Origin: Azolla caroliniana
Taxonomy: Eukaryota; Plantae; Polypodiophyta
Direction: 5' to 3'
DNA: 64,000 nucleotides
NCBI GenBank assembly: GCA_043228905.1
Contig: JBHGNT010000021.1
Location: 4,154,001-4,218,000, forward strand
The position numbers and the translations under genes were made by a program. This document shows positions 1 to 13,159 of the stretch, one piece after another (positions within the stretch are counted from its first letter, which is position 1; each line of letters begins with the position of its first letter). The notes beneath the pieces were generated by a model. The model did not search any database. It was not told the DNA's origin and saw only the letters and a program-made list of their open reading frames with translations.

Positions 1-225
1 CAACCATCCGTAAAAACAACCAAGGTTATTCATACAACCATTGCTCCATTTTTGAGGAATTGAAGAAACTTCTCTCTAGGGAACAAACATGCATCATTCT
101 TTGGTGCAAATCACTACAATGGACTAGAAAAAGTAGAGGTAAGAATTTCGTTACACTCAAAATTTATTCAAGTTGTTGTGGATGTGTCAAAAATGTCACA
201 ATTGAATGGTACGATTAGGATTGTG

Positions 226-620
226 CATGGAATGGAAGGCTATATAGAGATTCATGGGTATGTCATGGAAGTGTTTGGGAATTCGCATAGTTGAACATGG
301 GATGGAAGGTTACAGGTGTTCATGGGTATGTCATGGAAGTGTTGGGAGAATGCAATGTTGCACATGGAATAGAAGGTTATAGACATTGATGGGAATGGTA
401 TGGAATGGTGGGAGAAAGCATGACACATGGAATGTGCGGGTAGACACATTTGTGGGTATGTCAAGTATACCATGCTTAACATCATTCTTAGGAATATTTG
501 TGGATACACATGGAATGCTAAGGTATAAGCGATCATGGTTATGTCATGGATGTGGAACGGATCTCCTATGAAAATTGTGTGATTAGGAGAGATCATGGTT
601 CCACACGGAATGCAGATGTC
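226..620. repeat. Degenerate ~69-bp tandem repeat with recurring CA(C)ATGGAAT / CATGGGTATGTCATGGAAGTG motifs
   Basis: ttcatgggtatgtcatggaagtgtt occurs at ~251 and ~319. catggaat-like motifs recur at ~226, 295, 363, 426, 508 and 603. Confidence 0.5.
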
Positions 621-3600
621 CATAGTAAGAAAAATGTAAAATTTAAAAAGCTCATTTATTATAGTCAGGACGTTACGTGTCATACAGACAAAACTTTCAA
701 AGTTGGTGGAAGAAAAGGAGAGATATTTTTTAAATGGCGTATAATGTCAATGGAATTGACCATTCTTTGACAGTTATATTTCATAACTATATTTAATATA
801 ATCATTACAACTGGAGGGTTGGGTGAAGGCATCAACTTTTTTATTGTGATTTAGATTGCCAATATTTACTTTTTGTTTGTCATGTATTTCATTGATTAGA
901 TATTTGAACATTTGGAGAAATGTTGTTTTGCCTACCAATTATTTGGAACTACATAAGTAAGTAGCCTAATCCCTAGTTACTTTCAAGGCAATGGTGAGAG
1001 ATAATGAAATCTCGATATGGAGTTTTACCCACATGCAACTACAAGGAGGGATATCTTGCAAAGATAACTTTGAATCTTTGATGAATGACATTATTTTATC
1101 TTCTGGATTATTTCTTGATTTGAGAAGACATCATTTCAGAGATCAATGACATAATTATGGATAAGGAGAACTTATAAATGTGACACGTCTTACAATTGAA
1201 ATACAAATATCTAGAGTCAATTTCCAAACTCAAGAGGCTGAGACCAATTCAAACATAATAATGCAATTGCTCAATGTGTTGCACATGTAATGAATTGCAT
1301 GTAACAATCACATCAACCTCAAAGGACACAATAGATTATTTAGTTTATGATTTATTAAACTAATTAGAAGATGTGGTTAGACTCCAATAAGGTAATGTTT
1401 TTATTTTATAATGATTATGATTATGACTCCAATGTAAGCACGTGACAATTACGATGGCGTATGATTACCAAAATTACATGCTGATATGAACATGATTATT
1501 ATTTAAAGACTTGAAATTTTAAGTCAAGCAGAATGTGTAACAAAATAGGCATCTCATTGTGTTATGGGCTAGTTGAAAATGAGGATAACACAAGCGATGT
1601 GTTAACAACTACTAATGATAAAGATATAGATCGTGGCGTTCAGAACATGAGTTGTATGAACATAGAAGAAAAATGGAAAAGGATTCCATGACTTTTACAA
1701 TTAAGGCTTTTTTTGTATTTAAAAAGAAAATTGCACATTGGGTATTTTGGTAATTAGTGACAAAAGTAGGGATATTTTCTTGTAATTGAAAAGAACAACC
1801 TGCCTAGTTCCAACAACCTAGTGATCTACAATATTTAGAGGGGCAATTTGCTAATTTGTTGCGAAGCTAGCAAGAGGGCATGGAAAAGAAGAGAAAGAAA
1901 GTATATATCGTAAAAGTGAATGGAAAAGTAAAGTTAAGGGAAAAAAAAGAAAGGCCCACACAAGATAGATAATAGTAGCTAAAATGTAAAAGGAATAATA
2001 GACGTGGCAAAAAATGTGCAAAAGGGAGAGAGCATATTTAGCAAACACATTTTGGAGAGATTCCCAATAGAGCAATTTTGATTCGAGCTTTGCATGTTAA
2101 GATTTTAATTGACACACATAATCTATAAACCGAGATAGTGTCTCATCGTCTCAATGTTGCCCCTACATATTGATGATGACCAAGATCATGATAGTATGAC
2201 ATCTCACATTAATGTGCATCCATATGCATAGATGCATCCCATGTTGTATCTCCACCATTCTCTTCATTTCCCATCCTTGTTGTTTTCTTGCTCCTCAAAC
2301 ACATTTACGCAAGCTTGATGCCTTTTTTTTATAATTGATGGATATGAAATGGAAGCTTCGCTGTGATATGTAAAGAATCAATCACCTCAATTTTGGTGAA
2401 AAACGCCATTCTTGATTATCCATTGTCCTTGCAAACACATGTGTGTATTATACCATGGTGTACAGTAAAAGTCACATGTATGTATTAGCTCAAGCATCAT
2501 GTTTGATATCTACCTTACATTCTATCATAATAGGTTATTGTCTGACAACCTTGACATCAACAATAATCAATGATGTGCTTTTGAGCTTTAGGGGGATGTT
2601 CCTTTTGGGAATTTGCTCACAACTTCAGTTGAGTATACTCGTCAAAGGTATACAAGGTTGCACAAATCTATTTCCAAGGTGGGGCTCTCAACTCTTGATT
2701 TTGTCACATGCACCATATGCTATGCATTCTTGATCAAAGTATCCATTCTTATGAAGACATACATTTGGAGTTTAGTTGCTACTATTATAATCTATAGCTT
2801 TGGGATAGCTACATGTGAACAATTGAGTAAGAATTACAAATCATGCAAGCATGAGGTTCGTTCTTCCATCTGGCCAAGAATGTGGTGGCACTCATCGTTT
2901 GCAAGAGAGTATTTCCCAAGGTTTAGGCTTAATTCCTATGATTGTTGTTATTAAATCGTTATTAAATCATATTCTCTCTGTCGAGAGAGAGAGAGAGATT
3001 CATGCTAATCCTCTCTTTTTGTTAAATTTGGTATTCGTTCTTGATGCAACTATCCCGCTTTCCTTATACCCTTCTTTCTAAAAAAACTTCAACATGTGCA
3101 GACCAACATGCCAGAATGCTCACATCTTCAAACATGATGCTTTGGATATGTGTGAGCTGGAAAGGATGAGGAATTTGAAAAGTTTGATGTCTATCTTGAC
3201 TTCTTCTTCTTCTTCTTTTTAAAAGGATTTTCTTCAATAGTATTAAGAAAAAACGCCCGAAGGCTACAACTTGAACCTAGTTACCAAGGAGGTTACAACT
3301 TTTCTTATACAATGATATAAAATACTCCTAGGACCAAATATCAACTTTGTAGAAGATGTTTACATTTGTTGATATTCAAGAAAGAGTCCATAGAAGTTAG
3401 AGGTCTATCTTGACTTAATCCTTGGAAGGCATCGATGGATAAAGGACCCACACCCAGACATGTAATCATGTGCAAACCAATATACATTTAGAAACCAAAG
3501 ACCTAATGCGACATTGTTAGGAAAGTGACGGGATATCATTCATTCCTTTACAAAATTTCGTCGACCAAACAGAAGGTGTGGGGCCACGCGACACGCTAAG

Positions 3601-4116
3601 GCTAGTTGGGAAATGTTACGATTCCCAAAAGTAAATGGTGGGGGGGGGGACCCACACATGATGATGCTTTTCTTCTTCTTCTTCTATCTTCTTTCTTTTT
3701 TCTTTTTTCTGCTTTGGGAAATTTGTCCACTATGGATAGGACTTCCCACGAGGATATAGAGGGGCACCGATGACGATACGCGATTGGGCGGGTATATATG
3801 AGATGGAAACGCGTTGGCCATTTAGGTGGGGCACCATTCTGTCCATTCCATCGGTAAAAAAAAAATGAAGAAGAAGGAAGGGGGGCGATCGAAAAGCAAA
3901 GAAGAAGGGCAGGATTGTGTTTTAGGTGTTACTGTTTTCCTATTTGTATCTTTTTTTAAGCGTGGGCGGCCACCCCAGATCATATTGAAACATCTCAACT
4001 GGGCCCCACCCAGCAGGCGGACCCCACAATAAGACCCCGGCCCTCCAACCCCCCCTCCCCCGGCCTTTTTTTGGTTTGGTAAAAAAGGTATTTATTTTGG
4101 AAGAAATAAAAAAATA

Positions 4117-4352
4117 AACGTGGGTATCCCACCCCACAGCCAACGAAACAAACAAACAAACAATGATTGGTAGGGCCTACCTACAAGCAGTGGCGACACG
4201 GGACACGTCAAGCCCATCACTCTCTACTCAAAACTCTCTTAACATTGATTGGGTAGGCCCTGCGGGCGACGACGCGGACACGAGCACGAGCACGTCACGC
4301 CCATCCATCTCTACTCAAAACTCTACAAGACATATATATATATATATATATA
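4117..4352 (+). promoter_or_regulatory. Putative CYP74 proximal promoter with a duplicated ~87-bp block carrying CACGTCA, a T/G-box and a (TA)n run
   Basis: AACGTG at 4117-4122. CACGTCA at 4204-4210 and 4291-4297, each followed by ctctactcaaaactct. (TA)n at ~4333-4352, about 250 bp upstream of the ATG. Function is inferred. Confidence 0.4.
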
Positions 4353-4596
4353 TGTATATGTATCTAAAAAGGCCATCGTTTTTCTAACCAGCACAGGAAC
4401 AACACCAAGACATATCCCCAAACGCTCCTCTCTAAATATTAATTAATCTCTACGACACACACAACAACAACAACAACAACAACAAAAGAAGAAGAAGAAG
4501 AACACAAGAAGAGACAGAAACACACACAGCTACCAAACACGCCCAGTAGAAACGACGCGCCGTCCATCACCCGCCGCCGCCGCCGCCGCCGTTGCC

Positions 4597-6246
4597 ATGG
4601 CCGCCGCCCCAGCTCCCGCATTCCTATCCCTCAGCGCCGGAGGCAAGAGCACCGCCGCCGCCGCCCTGCAGCGCTCCCTGAGCCGCTCCTCCTCCGGAGG
4701 CCGCCTCTATAGCTCCGCCCCTCAAGGAACGGAGCCGCCGTCCGCCACGGCGGGGGAGGAGCCATCATCATCATCCTCATCATCGGCTCCGGCGGCGGCG
4801 CTGGAGGTGCGGGAGGTGCCAGGCTCCTACGGCCCGCCGCTCCTGGGCGTGGCCAAGGACCGCCTCAACTACTTCCTCCTCCAAGGCAAGGACGAGTTCT
4901 TCCGCAGCCTCATGCGGCAGTACAACACCACGGTGGTCCGCCTCAACATGCCGCCTGGCCCGCCCTTCTTCCCGGACAGCCGCACCATCATGTGCCTTGA
5001 CCAGAAGAGCGTCCGCACCCTCTTCGACCCCTCCAAGGTCGACAAGCGCGACGCCTTCGCCGGGACGTACGCCCCCAGCACCGGCTTCACCGGCGGCTTC
5101 CGGGTCCTCCCGTACCTCGACACCACGGAGCCGAAGCACGCGCCGCTCAAGAACTTCTGCTTCTACATCCTGCAGTCCAACGGGGCGAAGTGGATCCCTG
5201 AGTTCGACGCCGCCTTCCAGGATGCGGCGGGGCAGTGGGAGGCGCAGGTGGCCAAGGACGGATCCGCCAAGTTCGTGGAGGTGTGCCAGCAGTTCACCTT
5301 CAATTTCCTGCTCCGCTCCGTGCTGGGCGCCGACCCGGCGGCGGAGGGGCCCAAGCCCGCCCTGGGGGGCAAAGGGCCTTCCTATGTCCAGGCCTGGACG
5401 GGCGCCCAGCTGGCCCCTCAGGTCGCCCTGGGCCTCCCATGGCCCATCAACGAATTCCTTCACCTCGTCCCCTTGCCGCCTTTCCTCGTCTCCAGCCAGT
5501 ACAACAAGCTCTACGACTTCTTCTTCGCCCACGCCACCGACGTCCTGGACGCTGCCGCCCAGCGCTTCGGCCTCGACAAAGTCGAGGCCTGCCACAACCT
5601 CCTCTTCTACATCTGCTTCAACACCTGGGGCGGCATCCAGATCCTCTTCCCCTCCATCGTCCAGCGGATCGGCGAGGCCGGGCTTGGCCTCCAGAAGGAA
5701 TTGGCCGCGGAGGTCCGTGACGCCGTCGGACCCGAAGGCACCATCACAATGGCCGCCCTCCAGAAGATGGAGCTCGTCCACGCCACCGTCTACGAGGTCC
5801 TTCGCACCGACCCGCCCGTGCCCTTCCAGTACGGCCGCGCGAGGTCCGACATGCTCATCGAGTCTCACGACGCCGCCTTCCGCGTGAAGAAAGGCGAGCT
5901 GCTCGCCTCCTACCAAGGGATCGCTATGCGCGACCCCAAGGTCTTCTCCTCCCCCGACTCCTTCCAGCCCCACAGATTCTTGGGCCCCCAAGGGAAGAAG
6001 CTCCTGGAGAGCCTCACTTGGTCCAATGGTGCCGAGACCCAGCAGCCTAGCACCGAGAACAAGCAATGCGCCGGGAAAGATTTCGTGAACCTCGTCGCCC
6101 GCCTCTTCGTGGCCAACCTCTTCCTCCGCTACGATTTCTTCAAGCTCCAGCAGGCCTCGGGCGGCGGCACCGCCACTCCCATCAAATTCAGTGCCTTGAA
6201 GAAGAGGAAGCCCGGCAGCAATGGGGCTACCTCTGAGGATGCATGA
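4597..6246 (+). CDS. AOS: CYP74 cytochrome P450, most likely allene oxide synthase, intronless, with a probable plastid transit peptide
   Basis: 549-aa ORF with CYP74 motifs: PGSYG, KDRLNYF, NMPPGP, DAFAGTY (Phe at the AOS/HPL toggle position), YLDTTEPKH, I-helix HNLLFYICFNTWGG, EVLR, PPVPFQYG, WSNG and heme ligand NKQCAGKD. The N-terminal ~65 aa are Ser/Ala-rich. Family assignment is secure; AOS versus HPL/DES/EAS is inferred. Confidence 0.93.
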   Translation: MAAAPAPAFLSLSAGGKSTAAAALQRSLSRSSSGGRLYSSAPQGTEPPSATAGEEPSSSSSSSAPAAALEVREVPGSYGPPLLGVAKDRLNYFLLQGKDEFFRSLMRQYNTTVVRLNMPPGPPFFPDSRTIMCLDQKSVRTLFDPSKVDKRDAFAGTYAPSTGFTGGFRVLPYLDTTEPKHAPLKNFCFYILQSNGAKWIPEFDAAFQDAAGQWEAQVAKDGSAKFVEVCQQFTFNFLLRSVLGADPAAEGPKPALGGKGPSYVQAWTGAQLAPQVALGLPWPINEFLHLVPLPPFLVSSQYNKLYDFFFAHATDVLDAAAQRFGLDKVEACHNLLFYICFNTWGGIQILFPSIVQRIGEAGLGLQKELAAEVRDAVGPEGTITMAALQKMELVHATVYEVLRTDPPVPFQYGRARSDMLIESHDAAFRVKKGELLASYQGIAMRDPKVFSSPDSFQPHRFLGPQGKKLLESLTWSNGAETQQPSTENKQCAGKDFVNLVARLFVANLFLRYDFFKLQQASGGGTATPIKFSALKKRKPGSNGATSEDA

Positions 6247-6384
6247 TCATTAAATCCTCTTCTCTGTAATTCTGGTCTCAGAAAAAATTCCACACTTGTC
6301 AACAAAAATTGTAACATTTCTTTTCTTTGTTGGGAACCATGACTATTCTCTGGATTCATTCTTTCAGTCATTGCCATCTTCAAT

Positions 6385-6532
6385 AAGCTTTTTTGATTAT
6401 GAGTCTGTTATTGATTCCATCCTTAAACCACCTCCCCCTCCCTGTAATCGGAAACACAGATGTAACCGATCAATTAATTGCGTGCGGAACAAGCTTTGAT
6501 TATGAGTCTGTTATTGATTCGATCCTTAAACC
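6385..6532 (+). repeat. ~43-bp direct repeat in the probable CYP74 3' UTR
   Basis: aagctt(tt)tgattatgagtctgttattgattc(c/g)atccttaaacc at 6385-6429 and 6491-6532. Confidence 0.85.
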
Positions 6533-6816
6533 CACGGGCCCAGTGGTCTCTCTACATACATGTCGATTTGACTAGCTATTCGGGCTCAATTTCGCCCCTC
6601 CCCATAAACTATAGATCCAGAGAGGCAAATGAGCCGACAGTAAAAGGATTCAAAAGAATTATATCAGAAGAATGTAATTGCCCCTGCTATAGTTAGAAAG
6701 AGATATAATATTCCTGCATTTAATGTATCTCATATCCTTCCCAGTCTCATCATGGCCATAACCAACACCACCACTTCTTTTTGTGTATAAAGTGTTTTTG
6801 ATTGTATACTTGATCT

Positions 6817-7199
6817 GTACAGGTCAGTAGCTTTTCCTATTAAGAATGCTTGTAATTTAATTCCCATTTGATAATGTACCTTCTTATTTCTGTATAAACC
6901 AAGACCTAAAAACCACCCTTCTCCTATTTTGTATACAGTGTTGGATTATGTACATATATGCTTCATCTGTACAAGATCATTAACATTTTTGAATTTAGAA
7001 TGCCCTTATTAGTGTGTAATCCATTTAATATTTCTTAATGTAACTTCTTATTTATTTTCTGATGTATTGTTTCTTCCTTTGTACAAAGATCAGTTACTAG
7101 CATTTGTGAATTAAGAATGCCCTTATTAGTGTAATTTGCTCCCATTTGTTTGTTAATTTGTAACTTCTTAGTTATTTTCTCTGTTGTATAATGTATTGT
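6817..7199. repeat. Diverged ~115-bp tandem duplication (2-3 copies)
   Basis: tgtaca..gatca..agaatgcccttattagtgt..tgtaacttctta.ttattttct at ~6968-7069 and ~7080-7199, with a weaker copy at ~6817. Confidence 0.6.
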
Positions 7200-7224
7200 C
7201 TCTCCCTTTCTCTCTCTGTCTACT

Positions 7225-7225
<1 letters not shown>

Positions 7226-7290
<65 letters not shown>
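7226..7290. repeat. (CA)n microsatellite
   Basis: Perfect CA run of about 32 units. Confidence 0.98.
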
Positions 7291-7291
<1 letters not shown>

Positions 7292-10200
7292 CGCAAAAAT
7301 GTTAATTTGTTGTGCTACTAGATATGGAACTTCTGTAGAATTTCTATATCTTTAGATGAGACACCTTGAAGAAGAAGAAGAAGAAGAAGAAGAAGAGACC
7401 CTCTCCACAAGCAGATAGAAGTGTCAATCTAAATCTATCGTGGGATGCATGAAAGCTTGTTATAATTTGTCTGACCAAGTCAAGAGCCTAAGATATCGTA
7501 TTAAGTAGGAGATCCTCTAGTGTCTTTGAAGTTTGAACATACAGATTTATAATAGGTAAAAAAACAAAGAAAAAGGCTTTAGATATATGTATATATATCC
7601 CAACTCTTTAAAGTGAAGACTTTTGTTAAATGAATGGCATTTCTCTTAGCCTTTTTCTATTGCATCGTGATTCGTGACAATGTGACTAATGAATTATTGA
7701 ATCACGTTTCTCTTATTCTGTCTTTTCTATTACATCATGGCATGGCATTGTGACTAATGAATGGAATTTCTATTAGTACTTTTTTTTTCCATTGTGTCAT
7801 GACTTTGGCAATGATCATTCATCCACAATTAGATAGAAGTGTTGTCCGTCTTTTGTCGATCGATTATGGAACGCATAAATAGGTGGTTATTTGCCTGATC
7901 GAGTCCTCTAATAAAGTTGGGGGGTGCTATATAACTAAAATATTCTATCATTTATAAGAGAGTGATTTTAAAGTATATACTTTAAAAAAAAATACATTTC
8001 TCTTAGTATTTCTTTTATCGTATCATGACTTAGGTAATGCCATATGCTAGAAGCCTCTAAAAGGTTGCTACTATGGAATTTCAACTCTCTCTCTCTCTCG
8101 TTTGTTCCGTATCATGGCTTCGTCCTTTCGACTAGGTGGCACCTTCAAAACTAGTTATTGTACATATATGGATATGCAATAAGATGGAAATGAGGGGGCT
8201 CGTCAATTCTATCCTCCTACGAAACCTTTCATTTGCATCATTAGCTTACATCTTTGATGTCAATCTACAAATGAAGATTTGGTGGATAACTTACTAGCTA
8301 ATTGATCATATTCATGACATGCTCGATTAAAACCTACTAATGAGATGCTTAAAATTGAGAAGCAAAGTTTCTTTAGATCAATCCCGCGATAAATTTACTT
8401 TCATGAAATAGTGATGAATTAAGCCACCAATATTAAGAGAGTTAATCATTACTAATTTAGTTAAACCCATAAGTACATGAGGAATATCTAATAATGAGAA
8501 AGTGTGTAGATGGCGCACGCCATATGAATAGAACTGTTAATGTAAAGATGCCCATAGAATGTCCAATATAGATGTATGAATGTTATGATGAAGTTTGTCC
8601 TATAAAAGACTACATACAATTATTATTTTAATTGTCACATGTCATTAATTTACTTTGGCAACAACTCCACAAGAGCAAAAGTATATTACAGTGAGAAGGG
8701 AAGTAATCTCAAGTTTTTTAATGGGCACTAGAAAACACAACCACATTTTCCATCTCAAGTGTTGAGTACTTAAACACTATCTTTTGCCATTGTAGACTAG
8801 GAGGTCTGCATGTTTTGTAAAGTTTTTAACTTTTGTTGTACTATGTACATCTCATTCACAAACCTAACTTGCAAACTATTTCATTCCATTATTTTTAACA
8901 AGGCATGTCTAGACATCTAACCTTTCTTATATGATCTCATAAGATATGGTTCTTACGCAAGTAACATTTTATTTAGAGCATAACGTAACACTCACGAAAG
9001 AGATGTTCAAACTAGACTATGCTAATAATTTGTTTCGAACCAAAACTTACCATACATATTGTATATTTGATTTCTATGTCTTTAATCTTGGCAACAGTTG
9101 CTAGAGACCAAGTGAGCATATAAATTTGTGCAAACATCTATCGTTCACAATTGTTCTATTTATGAGTGTTATTGTCCTTGAGTTGAAGCATTTGGGTAGC
9201 CAAGAACCACATCATACTTGGGTGACTGCTTATTGCCGACTTTTGTTTCCTTAATCTCTCTTTCAAGCAATCACTTTATGATTATTATTAAATTGCAAAA
9301 ATCTCCATACGATCGTTTCATGTTTGTTTTTAGTGCTTCTGAGGGGTCCAAGTTTTTACACTTTTGTGGATTTTTTATATCACATTGAGGTTTCCAGATA
9401 CCTTTAAGTTTGGACCATTTGTTTTACCTGGAAAGGTGTCATAATTGGGCAACCGCCTATTGCATACTTTTGTTTCTCTGAGTTCTCTCTCAAACAATCT
9501 CTTTGTGATTGTTTTCAATTTGATGATATCTTTGTAAGAAAAAAATCATTATTATTTTGAGTGGTATTGAGCATGAGTTTGTAGATTTTTTGTGGGTCTT
9601 TAGATCCCACGAGATTTCCCACTTGTAATACCGATATTGCTAAAAAAAGATGCATATTATCTTCAATGTTATGTTAAAAAAACGAAGAAGACTCATTATC
9701 GATATTAGTGAAAAGACAAGTGTTATTTTTAATGTTTGTAAGGGAAAAAAGAAGATTTAGTGGCACCATTGCCCAAAAAGACAAATGTTATTTTCAATGC
9801 TTTTAAAACCAACAAAGATTTATTAGCACTATTAGCTTTCTCATTGAGGCCCTTTAGGTAAAGGTCAATTGATTCCTTGTCGGGCCTTTGAATATATGAT
9901 AACATGACAAGCATTAAAATATTAGAACCAATTCTCAAATTTAACAAATTAAGGTAAACACAATTAGAGTGTAAAAAGAACAATTTTATATGGCGTGAAT
10001 AATGTAAATGATGAGAAGCGTCCTTATTTACAACATTGAACTGATTTGTTATGCCAATTTGGCAACACAGATTGTGTAGCCATATTGTTTAAATGTTTAG
10101 CTCAACTAATAATTGGCAACGGTTCGGTTCTGTTTGAGAGGGTCAAAACCGAACCGTTTACAATTTTTGAAACCGGAACCAAACCGAACCGAACCATTGG

Positions 10201-10389
10201 TGCGTCTCTCAATGGGTTAATCAAAATATCATATTGTGCGTCTCTCTTTATCCTCGCCCTTTTTTGTTATGTTGCTCCACTGGTGGGGGTAGATCCATAC
10301 ACCATAGAGTTGTGTCGTTTATTTGTAACTTTATCATTAATCCCCCACTTAGCTATGTTAACACTTGTCTTTAGGGAATTTTGGGTTCT

Positions 10390-10525
10390 CTTTCTCCCTC
10401 TCTTTTTGTAGGGTGGAAGTATGGGATGGTAGCATCCCTAAATCTACTTGGAAAGAGTTTGAAAATGTCCAAAAACATTCTCTTACAATGTTTCTACAAG
10501 GATCACTTCCCTTTGAGATCGTGGT
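10390..10525 (+). pseudogene. Decayed LINE (non-LTR retrotransposon) ORF2 fragment, left part, interrupted by Gypsy A
   Basis: Translates as VEVWDGSIPKSTWKEFENVQKH..GSLPFEIV and continues after element A as (M)AMERVLEY. This resembles the post-RT region of plant LINE ORF2. Confidence 0.6.
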
Positions 10526-10964
10526 TGTTGGCCGGCAAAGACTTAAAAGCCGGATAAAGTCTAGAATGGGAAAGGGATTTTGAGAAACGAACGGATGGAC
10601 CCAGAATCAGTATGCCGATCCGGATCCGGACCGGTTCGTAGCCGGTTGCCGATCGGCACCGGTTCACACCCAGGGCCGGTGACCTATAAAAGGACCCGGT
10701 TAAATTGTAATTAATTAGCGGTTTATTAATGAAAGTGTTGTTCTGCTACATCTTGTTAATATGTGAAGCTTTTAGTTAATTACCGTTCTGTGCTTAATAT
10801 AATCTATCTTACGCGTGTATTATGATCATTAACCACGCCGGTTAATAACCGGTTACAAATACGTTTGCATTATGGTCTGCGCCTACCCCACTTGCTCCAC
10901 CCTTTGGTGAAGTGTCCTAGAGGGACACCCTGTGTTAGGGCTAGTCCGGCCCCAAGGGGTAACA
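10526..10964 (+). repeat. 5' LTR of Gypsy A (439 bp) with TATA-like CTATAAAAGG at ~10684
   Basis: TG..CA termini, matches 29960-30231, followed by the PBS. Confidence 0.9.
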
Positions 10965-11046
10965 CAGTTTTTGGCGACCACGATTCCTGCTCAAGCGTAT
11001 TGAACAACGGGGGGCATGGATGACTAGACCAACAAATGACCCAACA

Positions 11047-13159
11047 ATGGAGCGAGCGAGACGACTCGCCGAAAGACTGCAGAAGCGTGAAGTGTACCAC
11101 CAGGCGATGGAAGAAATCCACGCGGATCGATCCTTTTCGAAGGTGATTCGGCGAGTGGCCGCAGAATCACTCCGTTTGCAACAAAATTCCCATCCAGACG
11201 AAGGAAGTAGTTTAAGTAGTCTGAAGGAAGCGGAATCCATCTTGCAGGCATTAGCAGCGGGAGAAGGCGATTTGGAACCATTTTTGGCGTTCGAATCGGA
11301 TTTGGACGACGAGTACATCGCACATTCGAATTACCACAGCAGTCACGACACCCTAGACGGACCAAAGGACGAGGAATCAAATAATATACCAACACTGGAA
11401 CTGGTGATAACAGAGCTGGAAGCTTCAGGAAGGCACGAGGTGGATCAACCTCCGACACCACCACGCGAGCCTCCGACAGAGGAGGAAGGAAGACCTCCGA
11501 CACTGCCTCCAATAGAGGAGGAGGAGAGACCTCCGTCACCACTAGCTCTAGTTCCAACACTGGACGACGATATGCCTTTCCAATATCCCAAGTACCGGGA
11601 TGATCCGGACGCGGAAGCCCATGTGTATGCATTTCTACAAACATGGGAAGCAAACCATGTGTCGCAACGCTTAACCGTCGCCGAAGCAGAATGCTCGAAG
11701 ATTGTAGAGTTCGGCATGACCTTGGAAGGACCAACCACACGATGGCGCTTGACGCACCTTCCCGGCACCATCACTACGTTTGAGGACTTGAAAACCAAAT
11801 TTTTACAATTCTTCAACAATGAGGTTGATCAACGAGAGATGGTCGGCCTATTCTACACCATACGGCAGGAACCTACGGAAACCATTCAACAATTTGTAAT
11901 CTGGTTCCAGCGAATGCACATCCAGCTAAGTCGGACACCACCGGAAGTAGAGGCTAAAGCCGTATTCCTAGTAGAACTTCGGGAACCCCTACGTACGGTG
12001 TGCGCAGTCATTGATTTCTACACCAACATGATTGACTAGGTCATAGATCGGGTCAGGGAGATGGAGAAAACAAGCTTGTGGCTAACGATGGGGGCACTCT
12101 AGCATGCCTTACCAACAGACAAAGACCTACGTTTTCGGCAAGCTATACAATGTACGACTTGTCTCAATGCCGGGCACTCTGCAATAGAATGTACCATGCG
12201 GTCACAATGCATGTTATGCCACTCCAGGTCGCATACAATGGATCGATGCGAATATAATTTACTGAACCGACAAGTGGCACTGGTAAGACAAATCAATACC
12301 CACAACGATTGGAAAGAGGAAGAAGAACGTTGGCATTGAGATGAGCATTACTGGCTAGTGCAGGATGTCCGGTACATTGACAGAAGGGACACTTATGACC
12401 GGGACCGGTACGAGAGGTACTAGGATTATAATGGTGACCGTTTTGATCGTGATCACTCTCCTAGTTACAACTGGAGGAGAGAGGATCATCACGAGGATTA
12501 TGAAGATTGCTGCCGATAGGGATACAAGAACCACCGATGTTTCAATAAGAAACGAAACAACCGAAAGGAGGAGTGTCGGGAATCGGTGAAGGAATACCTA
12601 CGAGATCCGGAGAGAGGCTTGAGTGGCACCTAGCCAGAACAAAGACGAATGGAAGAGCCTAATAGACCGACAACAGGATTTCAACCAAGTACCGGGCCAC
12701 AAGCAGAATCCAGCAATACCCGGAAAGCGTATTGTTATTATTGCTGGCTGGAAGGCCATTACAGCATCCAATGCCTGGTGAAAAGTAATGAAAAACGATC
12801 GACAGTCAATATGGTGGTAGCAGAAGTCGCGGATGTACAACAAGTCACCACCAGGTCAAAAGGGAAGACGACGGAGTGGGAAGCACAAGAGGCGATCTAG
12901 AAACAAGCCACTGAATGGGTGGAGAAGGCGAATGCGCGGAATGCGGCCGAAGTCAAACAACAAAAGGAGGCACCGGCGGAGCTCACCGACACAATACAGT
13001 AAGAAAACCCAACATGGAAGATGTTACAGGAATGCCAAATTATGTTGCCACTAGGCCGCTACTACAATTAGTACCTCGGTTCATGAATGGGCTGAAATTG
13101 GCAATAACACCACCAGACTCGTCGCCGGCTCCGGCTTTCTTTTCCAACCAAGAGGAAGG
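11047..13159 (+). pseudogene. Gypsy A gag with zinc knuckles, disrupted
   Basis: Retrotrans_gag-like FGMTLEGPTTRW..FEDLKTKFLQFF. Knuckles CTTCLNAGHSAIEC and CYYCWLEGHYSIQC. Several in-frame stops. Confidence 0.85.

Noticed and set aside
2270-2960. Short ORFs or a possible very old retroelement fragment
   Set aside because: No convincing motif in any frame.
4780-6066. 428-aa antisense ORF and other overlapping ORFs on CYP74
   Set aside because: Expected shadow of very high GC3 coding sequence, with no recognisable motifs.
7035-7289. ORFs made of CV, YVCM or SL repeats (also 59717-59977)
   Set aside because: Translations of microsatellites.
9228-9620. Diverged ~227-bp tandem duplication
   Set aside because: Similarity is weak by eye and nothing indicates function.
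10115-10197. AACCGAACC/GGTTCGGTT cluster resembling a hAT-type MITE end
   Set aside because: No matching second end or TSD found, and too short to call.
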